Under the pieces are notes generated by a model. The model was not told where the DNA came from. It ran no database searches and worked only from the letters and a program-made list of their open reading frames with translations. Positions 37,801 through 46,604 of a stretch of 64,000 bases of DNA are shown here, piece by piece. The stretch's first letter is position 1. Every line of letters starts with the position of its first letter. This DNA is from a bacterium (GTDB lineage Bacteria > Zhuqueibacterota > Zhuqueibacteria > Residuimicrobiales > Krinioviventaceae). Location: NCBI GenBank assembly GCA_963675755.2, contig CAXXMD010000003.1, forward strand, positions 3,008,001-3,072,000. The letters are read 5' to 3'. The translations under genes and the position numbers were made by a program.

Positions 37801-40026
37801 CGTTATTACAGACTGGGTACGGTTAAAGGTATTAATACAATCCAGGTATCTGCGCAAGGTATATCCGGCTCTTCAGTGATTTTCAGTGTTGAAAGTGATA
37901 ATCCTGTTGATTTGCAGAAACCCGTTATTGTAAGTGGTGACAGTGCACAAGTATCACCTGCCCAACCATTACCCGAAGATCTGGTTGTAAAAGTTGTAGA
38001 TGAACGTGGTTGGCCTGTTTGGAATGAAAGTGTATTGTTTGAAGCATTAAGTACAAACGATGGACAAATAACCAGCAGCAATCCACATAATACCGATTGG
38101 TACGGATATGCTCGCGCCCAGGCACAGGTTGGTACCAAAGTAGGTATTAATCTCTTTAGTGCGAAACTTGAAGACTATCCTGGTAAAGGTTCCGTGACAT
38201 TCTATGCATGGACCGTTTCTGCATCTACTGCCAAGTATCTTACTTTTGTAAGTGGACCTACCAGTGGTATTGTAGGCCAATCTCTAAGTAGCCCTGTTAT
38301 TATGAAAACTACGGATGAATATGATAACCCGGTACAGGATGTAACTGTAACATTCCTGGTTGTGGATGATGCCAGTGTTGATGGTGCCGGTACCTTGCAG
38401 GGTGGATTAAAATCCGTTACAAAGAAAACAGACAGTAATGGTGAAGTAAGTGTATTTTATACATTGGATACAGTAAGCGGTTTGAACAAGATCCGTGTAT
38501 CTTCATTAAATCTTGAACCCAGCAGTTATGTGGTATCCATAACAGGTAATGCGGATTCACCATACCGTATGGAGAAATTCTCTGGCGATAATCAACGTGG
38601 TGAAATGGGTAAACACTTGTTTAATCCAATCTATGTTATGGTACGTGACAGATACGGTAACCCGGCATCTGGTGGTGTTGTAACCTTTACCGTAACACAG
38701 GGTGATGGCAGCATCGATGGCGATCAAGCCGTACAATCCAATTCAAATGGTCTTGCGAGAGCGTACTGGATATTGGGTCCACGTCCATATGCTGCAAATA
38801 ATAGTGTTCAGGTTACCAGCTCTTATTTGCAGGGAGGTCCTTTGACCTTTAATGCAACAGGAGATGATCAAAATTATCCTGAATTCTCATCCTTACCAAG
38901 TAATGTTGAAGTCTTTGAACTTGCAGATATCAGACTCGAAGTTACAGCTACTGATGAAGATGGTGAAAATGTATTCTATAATTCTCAGAATCTGCCCTCA
39001 GGTGCGAGTTTTGAGATGGAAAGTGACAACAAGTACTATTTCAAATGGACGCCGGGACTTGATGTTGTAAACAGTCCGGATGTCAGCCAGACATTCTACC
39101 CGATCTTTATCGCTCAGGATGATCACGATCCCTCCGGTCGTGTAAAGGATTCGGTCAAAGTTGTAATCAAAAATTACAACCGTCCGCCCGAGATTACCAA
39201 GCATACACCTGAAGCTTCTGTGTTAAATATTGATCCTGAACTTGTTCAAAGCATCGATTTTAGTATAGAAACCAATGACCTGGATAACGATCCATTGACT
39301 GTTACCTGGTATGTTGGAGATACTCAGGTTGAAGAAGGACATTCATTTACGTTTGAAGCTGAAAATTATTCTGGAAATACATTTACTGTCAAGGTTAGTG
39401 TAAGTGATCAGTTTGCAACTACCGAGAAACTATGGCAGGTTAATGTAACTCTTGTTGAATTGAGTAGCTTCAGCGCTGTTTCAGAACCTTACAAAGGAAT
39501 AACCGTAGAATGGGAGACTGCTACAGAAATTTCAACCGCTGGATTCAATGTATTACGGAGTCTTTCAGAAACCGGTACATTTGAAAAAATCAACGAGGAA
39601 ATGATTCTGCCCAACAAGGAAAAGATATATAGTATTCAGGATAAAGAAGTCCAATCCGGGCAGACCTATTATTACAAGCTTGAAGATGTAAGCCTCAGTG
39701 GACTTGCTACCCATCATGGTCCTATCTCTGTAGAGGCCCCGGTTCCGAAAAAGTTCTCGTTGTCACAGAACTATCCGAATCCGTTTAACCCGGTTACGAC
39801 GATCCAGTTCGAGCTGCCAAAACATTCGGATGTTACCATAGAAGTCTTTAATATTATGGGACAAATGGTGAACCAACTGATCAATACACGTTATGAAGCC
39901 GGATACCACACCGTTCAATGGGATGGTACAAACTCGAGTGGTATGCGGGTAGGTTCAGGTGTTTACTATTACCGAATTGTTGCCGGTGATTTTAAGAATG
40001 TTAAAAAGATGGTATTGTTGAAATAG
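31801..40026 (+). CDS. Giant secreted surface protein (2741 aa): two ConA-like domains, Fn3, about 15 Big_1/invasin Ig repeats, CBM-like insert, cadherin/PKD-like domains, FlgD/T9SS-type CTD
   Basis: GGAGGT RBS; signal peptide; DDFER x2; repeated V.D..GNP..G..V.F and T...G.A motifs; terminal LSQNYPNPFNP...SGVYYYR...KKMVLLK. Confidence 0.85.
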   Translation: MLKKTTTLTFQIAIAVLLSFTAFAFAQTSADDFERGDGALGANWTSDTDLVIASGTLHNQSAGSDWLLAIYNGGGTVTNPDEVTIDWATTGDGVQWGGAAFVNTNASVGAANGYLVQYRLSSPNKIRLWKITAGALDVGAGIIDEVTASGSAPTADAPMKVNLDPATYTLQVYVDDVIAGSVQDAGASYDLTNRYGAVVLASGSSLNNDVENFTVGIETPDSIAPNAVSDLSATATGSSTVLLEWTATGDDGATGQASQYDIRYSTSPIATNTDFENAQQVTGEPTPQITGSDESFVVNGLNASTTYYFCLKVGDDNGNYSAISNSTYAATEESGGTGSEGGLITVTDDFERAELGTSWAATAKHQIKNGTLDVIDGTSTDWNNLAVYKGNRSVSPAGVSIWLDATECSASGALAVGTAILLDSPSSTASGYFILRRTSSLELWDLSNGVVGAGGRLARDSSPDQPDPTPGDRIKVMVTGDDDTGTITIDVYVNDYMDGQFILNGTEPSTWYAGVFQHGSYANNIDAFTVYSDGSSAEMISEYYGNGQSGPIQATLSDSIAVQVTDGLGNPAAGTVVNFDIVNGDATLSIDSYDYGGLIWKEVEDGAILSPAVTQADANASNGTFVLTPNDIQYSRQGGSVMSLYIPEAGNFNVWLRVIAPSSTSNSLFLRVNDGDTTEVKWGNTWTSWRWEMLKNITLAKGFNQISILTREEGTQFDKIVLAETTKQPGYTPTGTGGSGPTLPNVTDANGIAYTFVTFLTNADDDVVIEASAFKDDGSTSLTGSPVTFTLDPISGSAVSIIKDPAQPDTLLGEPIQQMTTPLRAYVRDSFGNGVSGVSVSWAITEGTGTLSASQNTTGSTGASETYLTLSAQNTPYTIQATASGLSGSPVSFYVKPGDPPTEIQQTNPTAQVSGDAGVELTEILTVRVITEDGTPFPGFPVNYVVTEGDGTLSSELGSENATELQILSDENGYARARWVLGDEPGLNRVEAQAEGLTNSPILFEALGEIGDPALLTIIDGNNQSGPLGLPLQDPFIVKLTDQVGNGIPNQNIEYRILQGSGATLGSSGLTVRNVKTDAEGVARDTLVIGNQVGQTHQVQVSVAGNSSVSAQIFYATATAAIASEIVYVSGNGVKVGTAYNYQSSTVNTTLAQDFIVQVNGPFGNDPIAGHAVTFRVVSGGGNFYGNNSTTVSTGTDGRASARLTLGSVAGDSVHIVEATANRVDNTTLLLNNAPIVFKADGTASDPNKITKMDSTDNQTGIVGDPLTKQVQALVSDIYGNPISGHQVTFQIINSGGALQGSTGEPAQAKQVTTNANGIASIIWVMPTTPGQVQMQALATTATSNPLTGSPITYTAYAGVDAAYEMVRVTGQDLSGIVGQSLAENASVKIVDQYSNAVASYPVTFTVTDGNGLVNGSNQVTVQTGTDGIASVEWTLGTESGFENNAMEATSSVSMNNKETFTASGLADVAFRMIADSTYDTFGIVGELLDTPIKVLIVDQYDNPVADYPVTFEIDDIDDNVGFIETEGNLSKVDSTDDDGYAQIRWGLGPNPGSQNNKLTVTAKRNNIHLINSPYNGFVVSAQAGNAYQVIKVTDDVTKELSSVHGSTLPEYLKVKVVDKFGTPIARHPVTFQVLSRQVADGGTLDGSVDTVKVKETDSNGIASVQFTLGLNAGSKINQVQYVAELNGENLEGSPGTFEITGLSSTATQIVKVAGDEQPDGVVGQFWDIPLQVAAKDKNGNYVAGQPVSFKILPKEDLIEESLGALGAGTATDTTILTNAEGIANINWRAGHLVGEYQVQVTSFALAELAGSPMTFTATAFAETTDAEKSMISVNPDSLNVSDGSIRSTIVVTLNDKYGNPVQNKGVTLQASGTGNIITQPATASNSNGQVTGYIASENSGLKNISARDINNEVDMVDKAQVYFRASEADRIVKHPTANGDGQKRNVGTVLENPLQVIVEDSYGNPIPDFPVVFTVTEAQTGGQIVENVNVTTDENGVASRYYRLGTVKGINTIQVSAQGISGSSVIFSVESDNPVDLQKPVIVSGDSAQVSPAQPLPEDLVVKVVDERGWPVWNESVLFEALSTNDGQITSSNPHNTDWYGYARAQAQVGTKVGINLFSAKLEDYPGKGSVTFYAWTVSASTAKYLTFVSGPTSGIVGQSLSSPVIMKTTDEYDNPVQDVTVTFLVVDDASVDGAGTLQGGLKSVTKKTDSNGEVSVFYTLDTVSGLNKIRVSSLNLEPSSYVVSITGNADSPYRMEKFSGDNQRGEMGKHLFNPIYVMVRDRYGNPASGGVVTFTVTQGDGSIDGDQAVQSNSNGLARAYWILGPRPYAANNSVQVTSSYLQGGPLTFNATGDDQNYPEFSSLPSNVEVFELADIRLEVTATDEDGENVFYNSQNLPSGASFEMESDNKYYFKWTPGLDVVNSPDVSQTFYPIFIAQDDHDPSGRVKDSVKVVIKNYNRPPEITKHTPEASVLNIDPELVQSIDFSIETNDLDNDPLTVTWYVGDTQVEEGHSFTFEAENYSGNTFTVKVSVSDQFATTEKLWQVNVTLVELSSFSAVSEPYKGITVEWETATEISTAGFNVLRSLSETGTFEKINEEMILPNKEKIYSIQDKEVQSGQTYYYKLEDVSLSGLATHHGPISVEAPVPKKFSLSQNYPNPFNPVTTIQFELPKHSDVTIEVFNIMGQMVNQLINTRYEAGYHTVQWDGTNSSGMRVGSGVYYYRIVAGDFKNVKKMVLLK

Positions 40027-40046
40027 AAATATACTCCAGATCAAAC

Positions 40047-40085
40047 AAAAAAAGCCGGCACCTTAAAGATGCCGGCTTTTTTTTT
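40047..40085. terminator. Bidirectional Rho-independent terminator
   Basis: aaaaaaagccggca-ccttaaaga-tgccggcttttttttt between convergent genes. Confidence 0.9.
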
Positions 40086-40098
40086 ACAGCTTTATATT

Positions 40099-40944
40099 TT
40101 ATGCTTTATTTTCTTCCTGATCAGTACTTGAATCGTTTTCTTTATCTTCTTTTGGTTTTGTGGATTTTGCAGCAGTAGATTTTTTACGAGTTGTCTTGGC
40201 CGGGGTTTTCTTTTCCATTGACTCGTTCTCATCTTTGGTTTCAGTTGTTTTTGCTGCCGCTTTTTTACGGGGAGCCCGTTTGGGTTTTGTTTCTTTTTCC
40301 GCTTCTGTTTTGGTTTCAGTCTCAGGCTTAATCTCAGGCTCTTGAGCTTTTTCATCAGCGGCTGGCTCTTTTACTGTTTTTTTGCGTGGACCGGGTTTAG
40401 CCTCAACTGCGGTTGCCGTATCTGTTTCTTTGGCCGCAACAGTAGTTTCTTTATCTTTTTTCTCCGTACTGTCAGCTGTTTTGGTTTCAGGCTTTTTTAT
40501 TGCTTCTTTTTTCGGCTTATCCGGTACAGGTGCTTCTTTTTTGGCAGACTTTTTAGGTCTTAGAATTGTAAATAGACCGAATATGAGTATTACAATCCCT
40601 ACAAACAGAACAAGATAAGCAGACGCTCTGAACTTGCGTAATTCGGTTTTTTGAGCAATCAGATCATTTTCCATTAATTTGAGCTCGGATTGTACAGAGT
40701 CCAGTTTGGCTTCACGAACAACCAAGTCCAGTTCTTTTTGTTGTAGAGAGTCCAGTAAAGCCTGGGCTTTTAACTGTAACGCTTCAAGTTCGTTTTGTTT
40801 CAGTCTGATTTGGTCTTGTATGGCACTTTTTTCAAGTTCCGATTTGAGAATATCTACATTGGCCTTTTCTTCTTCATCAATTTTTGAGCATGCAAAAGGC
40901 AGCATGAAAATTAAAATGATCGGAATCAGGTATTTGTACTTCAT
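40099..40944 (-). CDS. Hypothetical protein: putative lipoprotein signal, coiled coil, TM helix, K/E/T/A-rich disordered tail
   Basis: LPFAC lipobox-like motif; heptad-rich region; hydrophobic YLVLFVGIVILIFGLFTIL; GGAGG RBS. Confidence 0.75.
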   Translation of the reverse strand: MKYKYLIPIILIFMLPFACSKIDEEEKANVDILKSELEKSAIQDQIRLKQNELEALQLKAQALLDSLQQKELDLVVREAKLDSVQSELKLMENDLIAQKTELRKFRASAYLVLFVGIVILIFGLFTILRPKKSAKKEAPVPDKPKKEAIKKPETKTADSTEKKDKETTVAAKETDTATAVEAKPGPRKKTVKEPAADEKAQEPEIKPETETKTEAEKETKPKRAPRKKAAAKTTETKDENESMEKKTPAKTTRKKSTAAKSTKPKEDKENDSSTDQEENKA

Positions 40945-41024
40945 TGGCCCCTCCTTTCAAGTTTATAAATTTAACTATTACAAGATACAAATAATTCCGT
41001 TAATACGTAACCGTTATTTTACGA

Positions 41025-44000
41025 TTATTTTTCATATTTCCAGATGAAATCAATACCCGTGGTTTTATCATCACCTTTTGTTGCCTGTATGAAAAAATGA
41101 CGATTCATTTCATATTCAAGCGATACCTGTTCAGATACCAACTCATGGGTTTGCCCGAGATTAAATCCTTGAATATAGCTCAAATACAGATCATTGGTTA
41201 TATATTTACCCAATACTATAGAGTTTTGACGCCAATTGTCGCTGCCTTGAAATTCAATCACATCCAGATTCAGTTTCTCCTGCAGCGAACGCGAGATAGG
41301 TGCTGTGAGACGTCTGGCAACCCAGTTTTCGAGAGATGCTGTTGACAAGAGACCGTCATTTTCCTGCAGCTGTTTTTTCTCTCCATATGATAGTTCGTTC
41401 GTGCTCCGTCCGAATAAAAGATAGGAAATTGCGTCCGCCTCTTCAATGGATTCGTCATCCATAAGAAATGCAATTTGCGGAGATTCCGCGTTACCGGTTA
41501 TATTGACATAGAGCTTTCTTTTCTCGCTATAAATATCCCGAAAAGTATGCAGAGCCGAAATATCAATTTCAGGATTAATTTTCTTTTTCCCTGTAAAATT
41601 AATCTCTCCGTTTTCTATCTGAAATCGTTTGCTATAGAGATTTATTGTTCCACGCAGGGTTTTTATAGTTCCAAAAAGAGTCATCTGTTTTCCGTTTGAA
41701 ACCAGATCTAAATTGCCGCCCAACTCAATATTCAAGTCATTATTGCTGATCCAAAAGTTTTTATCAAACCGGATAGAGACGGTTGATTTTAAATTGGATT
41801 CCAGTGTAGTGTTAGATTTAACGGTCAATGTATCTTTCTGACTGACGGTTTCCAAGAGTGCAGGGGAGGTGTTACCATTTTTGTTATTCTTTTGTAACAG
41901 TGGCAGGTAAATTCGCGATTGCAGAATATTTATATTTCCATTTAGCTCCGGTTCTGCATAGCTCCCTTGCAATAAAAGCTGCCCCGAAAATGTTAATCCC
42001 AATTTACTGCTTTTTGCCAGGGGATAATTCAAAGGTGTTATATGAATATTCAGGTCTTGCGGCTTAAAGTCAGGTGCCAGATTGAAATCACCATTTAGTC
42101 TGAAAATCCCATTGTCTTTTTTAGATTGAAAAGAATGGATTTGAACATAGTTACTGTCTATTTGTATGTCGCTGTTTAAATTGGGGATCTTGATTGCATA
42201 TTCCGGGATGTCTATTTGCGTTTGTAACAATTTTAAATATCCATCAAGAAAGGTATTGCCGGCTACTTGCTGATACTTGAGGTTAAATGACATATCACCC
42301 TGAATATTAGCAGCAGGAGAAACAAGTGCGTTGATCATGTTCATATTCATTTTATCGGTAGCAATTTCAACTTTTAAATCTTTATTTGCCAGTTGGGTTG
42401 CTTTATTATCATTAACAGGATCCGTATGTATTGCACCGGATACTGACAAGAGTTGTTCTGAATTGTTGATCAGACTTGAATTGATAGATAACAATCCTTC
42501 TTTGTATTGTATGGTTCCATTGAGTCTTTCCAGAGGTGTATTGTTGAAAACCGGAGATTCTATGGAAATACTGCCATCCAATACAGGTTTGGTTGAATTG
42601 CCTGTCAAATCCAGCTTTGAATACAAAAATCCCTTGTATTGCTTTTGGGGAAGATAGGGATTCAAAATCTTGTCAAGGTCGAGCCCCGAGATGTTTAATG
42701 ATAATAAATGATTACCGCTTTTGCCCATACTCCCGTCTATTGCAATAGATTGATTATTACTGGAAAGTTCAAAATCTGAAATATTGAATGCCGAGCTGCT
42801 ATAGCTTGTAGATGCTTGTCCTGTTAACTGCCATATTTGGTTCGCTTGCAATATGGCCAAACTATCAATGCTGGCGGTTAGCGAATCATTAAATTCCATG
42901 GTACCCAATAGATTTAAAGTTGTTGAATCATTCAATTGGATATAAAGATCATGGGCCAGTGATTTATCTTTAAATAAGAACTGAACATTTGTTGAATCAA
43001 TAGCTATTCCTGATAGTTGAGATTTTCCGGCATTTAAATATCCATTTACGAATAGATTGGCATTTTTTATATTGACGTCTGCATTTCCTGATAATGCAGC
43101 AACCGAGTTGCTATCCAGTTTTATGTTTTGCAGATTAATTTGATTTTCAATATTTAACGAATCCGGCTGGCCTGTAATAATACCTGTGATCTGGCCTTGT
43201 GAACTGGAGTGAAGGCCTGTTAATGCATAGAGATCCTGGGGGTATAATGAATAATTGAAAATCATATTTTGGGAGCGATCCAGTGCACCTGCCATATTAA
43301 ATTGTCCCAATGGGGATATTGCTGTCAAAGAGTCAATTTGAACGGATTGATCAATCTGTTCTCCATTTAACGAGATAGAATGAAACGGAATATCTCTGAT
43401 GGTAATAGAATCAGACTGGATGGCAAATTGGTTTGTAAAACCGTTTTGGCTCCATGTACCTGCATTGGTAAGTGAAAGCGAAATATCTGAAGATATCTCA
43501 GGTAAGAAACGGTCCAGCTGTAGGTTCTCTACTAGCCCTTTGAGCGTATAACGGATTGTATCTCCCAGCGTTGTTTCATTGCTTACATTCAAATCCGCAA
43601 TGTTGGATGTTCCCTGAACATTTACATCAATATTTTTTTGTTTTTTACTGCCCTTGATCAAAAGGTTTTTGATCTGATATGTGTTAAAACCCGAGTTGTT
43701 AAATTGTGCTAAAAGTAAAAGTTCGGAATTATTGATAGAAATATCTTTTCCTTGTACCTGAATGTTTCCATTAATGTTCGTTTTGGGTAAATTTAATGAA
43801 TCTGTCCAGCTTGTCAGGTTGATTTGTTTCAATTGTGTTTCTAATGTATATGAAAGGGGGGATGTATATGGAGATAATTTGCCAGAGAGTGTGATCGATT
43901 GTGAATTTCGAGTGATATCAGAACGGATTTGCATCTCGTTATCCTGGGAATCGACATATATATTTGCAAGCAGATTTCCATTTGGTGAAAGTACGGGGAA

Positions 44001-44810
44001 CCATTGTGAAGCTTTGTTGAGAGATAATGTCAGGTTCGGCATTGACAGTTTTAAAAGCTGGTTGTTTTCCAAATCATATAAAAGATCAGCATTCACTATT
44101 GAAGAGTCGGTTTTTGCATGCAGATCGTTAACGTGAATGAGAGAATCCATCATTGCAACATTGCAGGAAAATTGATCCAGTGATGTCTTGAATGCCGGGA
44201 TGTTAAATGTAAGAGAGCTGATAGTGGCATTAATATTTTTTTTTGATACAGCAATACCTGCTAGTAGCTCAAAATTTTTAATGGTTAGACAGTCTTGAGG
44301 CAGCAAATTAATGAATTGAAAATAACCACGGGCGATTTCAATATTAGGCGCTGAAACTTGAAATGGTAACGAGTTATTTCCGGATTCAGGTGTCAGGGTT
44401 GTATTCGTTTTGGCGATATTTTGCCAGTTGAGCTTGTTGTTTTCTTTTTCCAGATTTATATACAACGAATCAAAATGGATATTCTCTATCTGCAGCCTGT
44501 TTTTGGTTAGATCGAATAATTTATAGCTGATCTGTAATTGAGCCGTATATAGCAATGTGTCTGTGTTTGTTGAGATTCGGATTCCATCAAGAGCTATCTC
44601 TTTGAACAGATTCCCTCTAATTGCATCCACTTGAACAACCGCATTCAAACTCTTGTTTATTTTATTTAGAGCCAGGGTCTTTAGTTTATCTTTGAACCAC
44701 ACCGTCTGGCTCGATGCAATAATGATCATCAAGAGTAAAAAGATTATTCCGAGCGTAATAAGCAAGTAAGCCAGAATTTTTTTGATGATCTTAGAACGCA
44801 TGGCCAACAC
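41025..44810 (-). CDS. tamB: Translocation and assembly module TamB
   Basis: N-terminal TM anchor, AsmA-like beta-taco repeats, C-terminal DUF490 features (AISYLLFG, LGKYITNDLY.SY, GIDFIWKYEK). Confidence 0.85.
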   Translation of the reverse strand: MLAMRSKIIKKILAYLLITLGIIFLLLMIIIASSQTVWFKDKLKTLALNKINKSLNAVVQVDAIRGNLFKEIALDGIRISTNTDTLLYTAQLQISYKLFDLTKNRLQIENIHFDSLYINLEKENNKLNWQNIAKTNTTLTPESGNNSLPFQVSAPNIEIARGYFQFINLLPQDCLTIKNFELLAGIAVSKKNINATISSLTFNIPAFKTSLDQFSCNVAMMDSLIHVNDLHAKTDSSIVNADLLYDLENNQLLKLSMPNLTLSLNKASQWFPVLSPNGNLLANIYVDSQDNEMQIRSDITRNSQSITLSGKLSPYTSPLSYTLETQLKQINLTSWTDSLNLPKTNINGNIQVQGKDISINNSELLLLAQFNNSGFNTYQIKNLLIKGSKKQKNIDVNVQGTSNIADLNVSNETTLGDTIRYTLKGLVENLQLDRFLPEISSDISLSLTNAGTWSQNGFTNQFAIQSDSITIRDIPFHSISLNGEQIDQSVQIDSLTAISPLGQFNMAGALDRSQNMIFNYSLYPQDLYALTGLHSSSQGQITGIITGQPDSLNIENQINLQNIKLDSNSVAALSGNADVNIKNANLFVNGYLNAGKSQLSGIAIDSTNVQFLFKDKSLAHDLYIQLNDSTTLNLLGTMEFNDSLTASIDSLAILQANQIWQLTGQASTSYSSSAFNISDFELSSNNQSIAIDGSMGKSGNHLLSLNISGLDLDKILNPYLPQKQYKGFLYSKLDLTGNSTKPVLDGSISIESPVFNNTPLERLNGTIQYKEGLLSINSSLINNSEQLLSVSGAIHTDPVNDNKATQLANKDLKVEIATDKMNMNMINALVSPAANIQGDMSFNLKYQQVAGNTFLDGYLKLLQTQIDIPEYAIKIPNLNSDIQIDSNYVQIHSFQSKKDNGIFRLNGDFNLAPDFKPQDLNIHITPLNYPLAKSSKLGLTFSGQLLLQGSYAEPELNGNINILQSRIYLPLLQKNNKNGNTSPALLETVSQKDTLTVKSNTTLESNLKSTVSIRFDKNFWISNNDLNIELGGNLDLVSNGKQMTLFGTIKTLRGTINLYSKRFQIENGEINFTGKKKINPEIDISALHTFRDIYSEKRKLYVNITGNAESPQIAFLMDDESIEEADAISYLLFGRSTNELSYGEKKQLQENDGLLSTASLENWVARRLTAPISRSLQEKLNLDVIEFQGSDNWRQNSIVLGKYITNDLYLSYIQGFNLGQTHELVSEQVSLEYEMNRHFFIQATKGDDKTTGIDFIWKYEK

Positions 44811-46593
44811 TCAGATGATATTCAAATGTCGTTTTGTCATCAAATATTGGAGATGCAACATCAAACCGGATGGGGCCAATAGGCGTATGCAGACGTATTC
44901 CCAGACCAGGAGAATAATGCAGATCGTTTATATCAAAGTAGAGGCTGGAAGTCCAAACGTTTCCAAAATCCATGAAAATGACCCCCGAAAGTCTGCTCCA
45001 AACCGGGAAACGCAGTTCTATGCTGTTTTCGACATAACTGTTACCACCTAAAGGTTTTCCCTGGGTGCTTTTGGGGCCCAACTCTGATCTGGCCCACCCA
45101 CGGACTGAACTGCTTCCTCCAATAAAGAAACGTTCTTCAATAGGGGCAATGCTGTTTTGCCAGGTTTCAATGACGCCCCATTTTGTTTTAATGGCCAGTA
45201 CTGTAGATTCTGTTATTTCTCTGAAAAAATGGGCTTCAGCCAGAAAACGGTGATAGTGAAAAGAGCTGTTAAAACCTAATCCTGATATTGTATAGGTTGC
45301 AGATAAATAAGAACCAGAATTTGGAGTGAACAACGGAAAAGAAGTGTCACGTGTAATACCCAGGGTTACTCCACTTTTATTATACAAGGAGATATCCCGG
45401 TTTGCCAGTAACTCTTCTTTGGTTAAAGAATTTGTAAAAAGCTTTGCCTGTTCCAGTGAATAATTCATAAATATATCAATATCTGATGAAACATTCTTGT
45501 GAATACTGCTGCTAATACCTGTACGTCTGATGCGGTATGCGGGTTCCCTTTCTTTTCTGATAAACGGTTCAATAGTCAGTGATGTTCTTTTCCAAACGAA
45601 TGCCGGGTGTACCCATTTGAGATTAAGGTTATATGGCTCAAGATAAGAGTGTTTTGCGTTCAATGTTATGCGCCTCACGCTGCCCAGAAAACCAATTTTT
45701 CTTACTTCGGCAAAAAGACGAACCTGATCTTCTTTACCATAACCAATACCTGTTTTGGTACGAAAGCGTGCGGATTCTTTAACGTTAATGGAAACAGGAA
45801 TTTGATTGTTTGTAGTTGAATCGAGCAGGGCATTTACTGATACATATTGAAATACTCCAAGCTCATATACTTGCTGTTGAGATTGTCCCAGCTCGTTTTG
45901 TGAGAATTTATCACCACTGCTGAAAGAGATCTGCTTTTTTATATATTGTGAAGGGATTTTTTCACTTTTAACTGTAATGTTGCCAAAAAAACTTTTAGCA
46001 CCTGTATTAATGTTAAAAACAACTTTAACAAGATTATCTTGCACCAATAATTTGGGATCAACGGAAACAAATGGGAACCCATTGTTTACATAATATGAAT
46101 TGATTAGTAGCAGGTCTTTTTTATAGTGATTGTCGGTAAAGCGTTTCCCTTTGATCAGGCTGATTTGTTTTTGTATATCCTGAGGAAGAGAAATGCTTGA
46201 ATCTTGAGTTGAACTAAAGTTGAATAAGACATTTGAAATGATAATGGGCTGGTTTTCATTGATCTTTATATTTATAGAAACACTATTATCTATTTTGGTT
46301 TCTGCATTGACATCAACGTTAAGGAAACCTTCTTTTTTGTAAAAGTCTTTAATGCTTGCTATATCGTTCTGTAATAATGTTTCATCAAAAGGGAGAAGGT
46401 CTCTCCAAAAGAACAGTCTTTTAAACGTTCCCCGTTCTTTTAATTGCATCTGATTTTTGATCTGCCCCGATGAAAATGTTTCGTTCCCTGAAATATTGAT
46501 TTCTTTGACAGGATATTGAGCAAAGGCTATAACTGGATAAAGTAATACCAGCAGAATAGCGATCCTGAATAGTTTGGAAAACATGGATTCCAT
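44791..46593 (-). CDS. tamA: TamA/BamA-family Omp85 protein
   Basis: POTRA repeats, GGSSSVRGW, ELRFP, D.GNVW, TPIGPIRFD, terminal GHAF; true start near 46593/46584, not 46788. Confidence 0.88.
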   Translation of the reverse strand: MESMFSKLFRIAILLVLLYPVIAFAQYPVKEINISGNETFSSGQIKNQMQLKERGTFKRLFFWRDLLPFDETLLQNDIASIKDFYKKEGFLNVDVNAETKIDNSVSINIKINENQPIIISNVLFNFSSTQDSSISLPQDIQKQISLIKGKRFTDNHYKKDLLLINSYYVNNGFPFVSVDPKLLVQDNLVKVVFNINTGAKSFFGNITVKSEKIPSQYIKKQISFSSGDKFSQNELGQSQQQVYELGVFQYVSVNALLDSTTNNQIPVSINVKESARFRTKTGIGYGKEDQVRLFAEVRKIGFLGSVRRITLNAKHSYLEPYNLNLKWVHPAFVWKRTSLTIEPFIRKEREPAYRIRRTGISSSIHKNVSSDIDIFMNYSLEQAKLFTNSLTKEELLANRDISLYNKSGVTLGITRDTSFPLFTPNSGSYLSATYTISGLGFNSSFHYHRFLAEAHFFREITESTVLAIKTKWGVIETWQNSIAPIEERFFIGGSSSVRGWARSELGPKSTQGKPLGGNSYVENSIELRFPVWSRLSGVIFMDFGNVWTSSLYFDINDLHYSPGLGIRLHTPIGPIRFDVASPIFDDKTTFEYHLSVGHAF

Positions 46594-46604
46594 CAAATTT
46601 CTGG

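Noticed and set aside
33400-38900. Repeats in the giant gene as a CRISPR, VNTR or DGR template/variable pair
   Set aside because: Repeats are visible only at protein level; no near-identical DNA copies, cas genes or reverse transcriptase
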